Assembly: GCA_950097015.1 (NCBI GenBank)
Contig: CATNEN010000038.1
Location: 2,728,001 to 2,792,000 of the forward strand
Length of the DNA stretch: 64,000 nucleotides
Direction: 5' to 3'
Source: Macrostomum hystrix
Taxonomy: Eukaryota > Animalia > Platyhelminthes
This document shows, piece after piece, positions 34,751-64,000 of the stretch. The notes under the pieces were generated by a model. That model was not told where the DNA came from. It worked only from the letters and a program-made list of their open reading frames with translations, and searched no databases. Numbering within the stretch: the stretch's first letter is position 1; each line of letters begins with the position of its first letter. A program made the translations under genes and the position numbers.

Positions 34751-37510
34751 TCAGCTCTCTGTGCTGGTATACCATCAGAAGCATCAGCTGTGCTGGTATA
34801 CCATCAGAAGCATCAGCTGTGCTGGTATACCATCAGAAGCATCAGCTGTGCTGGTATACCATCAGAAGCATCAGCTGTGCTGGTATACCATGAGAAGCAT
34901 CAGCTGTGCTGGTATACCATCAGAAGCATCAGCTGTGCTGGTATACCATCAGAAGCATCAGCTGTGCTGGTATACCATCAGAAGCATCAGCTGTGCTGGT
35001 ATACCATCAGAAGCATCAGCTGTGCTGGTATACCATCAGAAGCATCAGCTGTGCTGGTATACCATCAGAAGCATCAGCTGTGCTGGTATACCATGAGAAG
35101 CATCAGCTGTGCTGGTATACCATCAGAAGCATCAGCTGTGCTGGTATACCATCAGAAGCATCAGCTGTGCTGGTATACCATCAGAAGCATCAGCTGTGCT
35201 GGTATACCATCAGAAGCATCAGCTGTGCTGGTTACCATCAGAAGCATCAGCTGTGCTGGTATACCATCAGAAGCATCAGCTGTGCTGGTATACCATCAGA
35301 AGCATCAGCTGTGCTGGTATACCATCAGAAGCATCAGCTGTGCTGGTATACCATCAGAAGCATCAGCTGTGCTGGTTACCATCAGAAGCATCAGCTGTGC
35401 TGGTATACCATCAGAAGCATCAGCTGTGCTGGTATACCATCAGAAGCATCAGCTGTGCTGGTATACCATCAGAAGCATCAGCTGTGCTGGTATACCATCA
35501 GAAGCATCAGCTGTGCTGGTATACCATCAGAAGCATCAGCTGTGCTGGTATACCATCAGAAGCATCAGCTGTGCTGGTATACCATCAGAAGCATCAGCTG
35601 TGCTGGTTACCATCAGAAGCATCAGCTGTGCTGGTTACCATCAGAAGCATCAGCTGTGCTGGTATACCATCAGAAGCATCAGCTGTGCTGGTTACCATCA
35701 GAAGCATCAGCTGTGCTGGTTACCATCAGAAGCATCAGCTGTGCTGGTATACCATGAGAAGCATCAGCTGTGCTGGTATACCATCAGAAGCATCAGCTGT
35801 GCTGGTTACCATCAGAAGCATCAGCTGTGCTGGTTACCATCAGAAGCATCAGCTGTGCTGGTATACCATCAGAAGCATCAGCTGTGCTGGTATACCATCA
35901 GAAGCATCAGCTGTGCTGGTTACCATCAGAAGCATCAGCTGTGCTGGTATACCATCAGAAGCATCAGCTGTGCTGGTATACCATCAGAAGCATCAGCTGT
36001 GCTGGTATACCATCAGAAGCATCAGCTGTGCTGGTATACCATGAGAAGCATCAGCTCTCTGTGCTGGTATACCATCAGAAGCATCAGCTGTGCTGGTATA
36101 CCATGAGAAGCATCAGCTGTGCTGGTATACCATGAGAAGCATCAGCTGTGCTGGTATACCATCAGAAGCATCAGCTGTGCTGGTTACCATCAGAAGCATC
36201 AGCTGTGCTGGTATACCATCAGAAGCATCAGCTGTGCTGGTATACCATCAGAAGCATCAGCTGTGCTGGTATACCATCAGAAGCATCAGCTGTGCTGGTA
36301 TACCATCAGAAGCATCAGCTGTGCTGGTATACCATGAGAAGCATCAGCTGTGCTGGTATACCATCAGAAGCATCAGCTGTGCTGGTTACCATCAGAAGCA
36401 TCAGCTGTGCTGGTATACCATCAGAAGCATCAGCTGTGCTGGTATACCATCAGAAGCATCAGCTGTGCTGGTATACCATCAGAAGCATCAGCTGTGCTGG
36501 TATACCATCAGAAGCATCAGCTCTCTGTGCTGGTATACCATCAGAAGCATCAGCTGTGCTGGTATACCATCAGAAGCATCAGCTGTGCTGGTTACCATCA
36601 GAAGCATCAGCTGTGCTGGTTACCATCAGAAGCATCAGCTGTGCTGGTATACCATCAGAAGCATCAGCTGTGCTGGTATACCATCAGAAGCATCAGCTGT
36701 GCTGGTATACCATCAGAAGCATCAGCTGTGCTGGTATACCATCAGAAGCATCAGCTCTCTGTGCTGGTATACCATCAGAAGCATCAGCTGTGCTGGTATA
36801 CCATCAGAAGCATCAGCTGTGCTGGTTACCATCAGAAGCATCAGCTGTGCTGGTTACCATCAGAAGCATCAGCTGTGCTGGTATACCATCAGAAGCATCA
36901 GCTGTGCTGGTATACCATCAGAAGCATCAGCTGTGCTGGTATACCATCAGAAGCATCAGCTGTGCTGGTTACCATCAGAAGCATCAGCTGTGCTGGTTAC
37001 CATCAGAAGCATCAGCTGTGCTGGTATACCATCAGAAGCATCAGCTGTGCTGGTTACCATCAGAAGCATCAGCTGTGCTGGTTACCATCAGAAGCATCAG
37101 CTGTGCTGGTATACCATCAGAAGCATCAGCTGTGCTGGTATACCATCAGAAGCATCAGCTGTGCTGGTATACCATCAGAAGCATCAGCTGTGCTGGTATA
37201 CCATCAGAAGCATCAGCTGTGCTGGTTACCATCAGAAGCATCAGCTGTGCTGGTATACCATCAGAAGCATCAGCTGTGCTGGTATACCATCAGAAGCATC
37301 AGCTGTGCTGGTATACCATCAGAAGCATCAGCTGTGCTGGTATACCATCAGAAGCATCAGCTGTGCTGGTATACCATCAGAAGCATCAGCTGTGCTGGTA
37401 TACCATCAGAAGCATCAGCTGTGCTGGTATACCATCAGAAGCATCAGCTGTGCTGGTATACCATGAGAAGCATCAGCTCTCTGTGCAGGTATACCAACAG
37501 AAGCATTAGC
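34751..37510. repeat. 29-bp minisatellite, ~2.75 kb (~95 copies)
   Basis: Unit GTGCTGGTATACCATCAGAAGCATCAGCT, with recurrent variants (GGTTACC, ATGAGAAG, CTCTCT). Confidence 0.98.
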
Positions 37511-39716
37511 TGTCTTTACAAAGGAGACTTTCTGAGGCTACACGGGTGCCCACCTGTACAGAAGAAGGGTTTGGCGGGTTTTGTCAGAGTAATGCCAATA
37601 TTTTCCAATCTAGGCAAACTGTTGGTTATCAAGACGAGTGGTTAATGCATTCTTTATCTACGCTCGGATATGGGAAATTTTTTCTGCCCTAATGTACGAA
37701 CGTATTAGCTATGTTTTTTGTTCACTCTTGAGCCTGTTGCGAACAAGACGAGCAAAAATAGTCCCTTTTCCTACTTTAAGTAGTTTTGAATGCGTGCTTT
37801 TGCTAGAATTTTTTGAAGTTTAATAAAGAATAGGCCGATTTTCAAAGATAAGCAAGCGACTGCTGTTTTTTACTAGGGCTGGAATGCAGCTCTCGAATAT
37901 GAGTTTCAAGCCACATTCGATTTCCGATCTGATTTTTGATTGACGTGTGCAACCAGCCTTAGCAATCTGTAAGCTTCTAATCAAGTCAAGCAGTATGGAG
38001 CTTGCTGAGTGTGTTTATGAAGCCATTGCCATGTTATCAATATTTGAAATGACTCCACGAAGACACACAAGACGTCTCCACGGTGCTAATGCACAGATTC
38101 GAGGCGAGATAAGGCTGTTAGAAGACTCGATTAAGGCTTAATCAAACATAGTATGGCTACAGAATGATTGTTCAGCAATTCAGTAGAATCTCATGGAGAA
38201 CAGGCTTATCTTGAATGAGACTTTGACTGGCTTTGGAATAAGAAAATCCAAAGGCAGGTGTAACAGTTGCTGACTTAATTAAAGTGAAGGATTTAGGTAA
38301 GCCAGATGCAATAGGATAGTGATGGATAGTGGACTAAGATCAAATTGGGAGAGACAGGAACGCAGCAGGGTAGCTGAGGCATCCTGCAGATAGAAGTGCA
38401 GAAGTCACGCCAAAGCCCTCACTAGCGTATAATTTATCTTTTTTCTTGAACGCGTCCATTGTGATGGGCAAAGGCGGTTGGGAGGGCTTGACGGCCTGTC
38501 AAACTAGACAGGCGGGCGGCAGGGTCTGAACTTCTCGTCTTACCTGATAAAGCTGGCCCAAGCCTCGAGTGCACAGTCTCGGATTCACCTTGCGTGCAGG
38601 GGCGGCCCTCCACTCCATTCTAACAATTACAAGTCAGAGAGCTGGCAAAAAAGTAAATAGGCCAGCAGCCTCTAAAGGCGTTCCTATACTTATAAACTGC
38701 AAAATGCAAACGCCAAGACTTCCTTTATTTAGTGGGGCTTAGTTCTAGGCGATTTCCTTGCTAGTTCATCTTCATCAATCCGTCGGATGGTCTGCTACGC
38801 CTGCCTTGCGCGGCGCACACACCTGGCGATACATTGAGGTGGGCGGGTTGTGGCGTATAGATTTACCAGCCTGCCGCCTGCAAAAAGAGACCAAAGAAAA
38901 GCCTTTGCAATGGCCTCAATGCCGCCACTCCACTGAATGACCACCCTATATATCCTTTTATGTGTGTGTATAATAGAGGCAAGGAAATAAGGAAGAGAGG
39001 TTGCGGCGCGGAGTGGGGTGGTCGTATAGGACTGTCATTCCTTACAAACAAGTGTAAGCAAACTTATAGCGGGACCCGAGAGTTGCAATTTGATGGATTG
39101 TTTATTCTGATGAATAGCTTCTCCCGGCCTCTCCAGCTAGCAGGCCCTCTCTTGCTTTCCAATGGAAGATACCTCTAAAGACAGCACCGGCCAGGCATAT
39201 GGCCCGCTGAACCAATTGGAATGGGGGGAATCCTCCATTTTCTCATGCCACCAACCCCTAGCCCCCTTCTCGTGGTGGAGGAGCAGTGGTGCGTGGAGGA
39301 GAACCTTTTTATAAATCGCGTTCACCCGCCCCCAACCGTTTAAGAGTAATGCAACGGCCTTTCTACCCCTGCAACGGCCATGTCAAGTGAGCGCCCAGGC
39401 TTTCGGAAAGATTTATTACCCTCGGCCGCTTGTACCCCGCTGCCCTCTCATTTTGATTATTAACTGACAGCGGCCTGCAGCCCGCCCCTTTATAGACAGA
39501 AAAAGCGGGCTCACGCAGTTATTATCGGCCAGCGGTAGCAAGAACTCGTTCGCAGCTCAGATTACCAATAACATTAAAAAGTCTGTGTCGTTCATTGGTT
39601 TCAATTGATTGCGTTTCAAGCAGTTTTTCGGGTGTCTGCAACGCGAGCAGTGGTGGCGACAGCGTCACAGCGGCCGATTCTTGTCACGGCCCTGAAGTTG
39701 CGCGCGGTAGCAGATC

Positions 39717-64000
<24,284 letters not shown>

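Noticed and set aside
34703-37645. Long repetitive ORFs here and at 18365, 19221, 45706, 51708, 52804 and 63295
   Set aside because: Translations of minisatellites, open in several frames at once and with unit lengths mostly not multiples of three.

Overview
This is eukaryotic (metazoan) genomic DNA, not prokaryotic. GC-rich exons are separated by GT-AG introns, most of which carry their own minisatellite. That style suggests a free-living flatworm such as Macrostomum (inference, not verified). I reconstructed these genes by hand from splice sites: the first exon of an NRPS-type adenylation-domain gene (-, runs off the left edge); an 8-exon strawberry-notch (SBNO) helicase-like gene with an unusual PIP-box/UBZ-like tail; an 8-exon cation-type nicotinic acetylcholine receptor alpha subunit with a GC-AG last intron; two near-identical copies (-) of an unrecognised secreted 465-aa protein built from two homologous domains; a frameshifted secreted PAN/LamG-like gene; and a PTK7/off-track-like 7-Ig receptor pseudokinase (+, runs off the right edge) with two candidate signal-peptide first exons. 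Mobile DNA includes an intact piggyBac transposase nested in a deleted Harbinger element, an internally deleted Merlin element and two tRNA-derived SINE families. Most long ORFs in the supplied track are artefacts of tandem repeats. All assignments come from motif recognition by eye; no searches were run.
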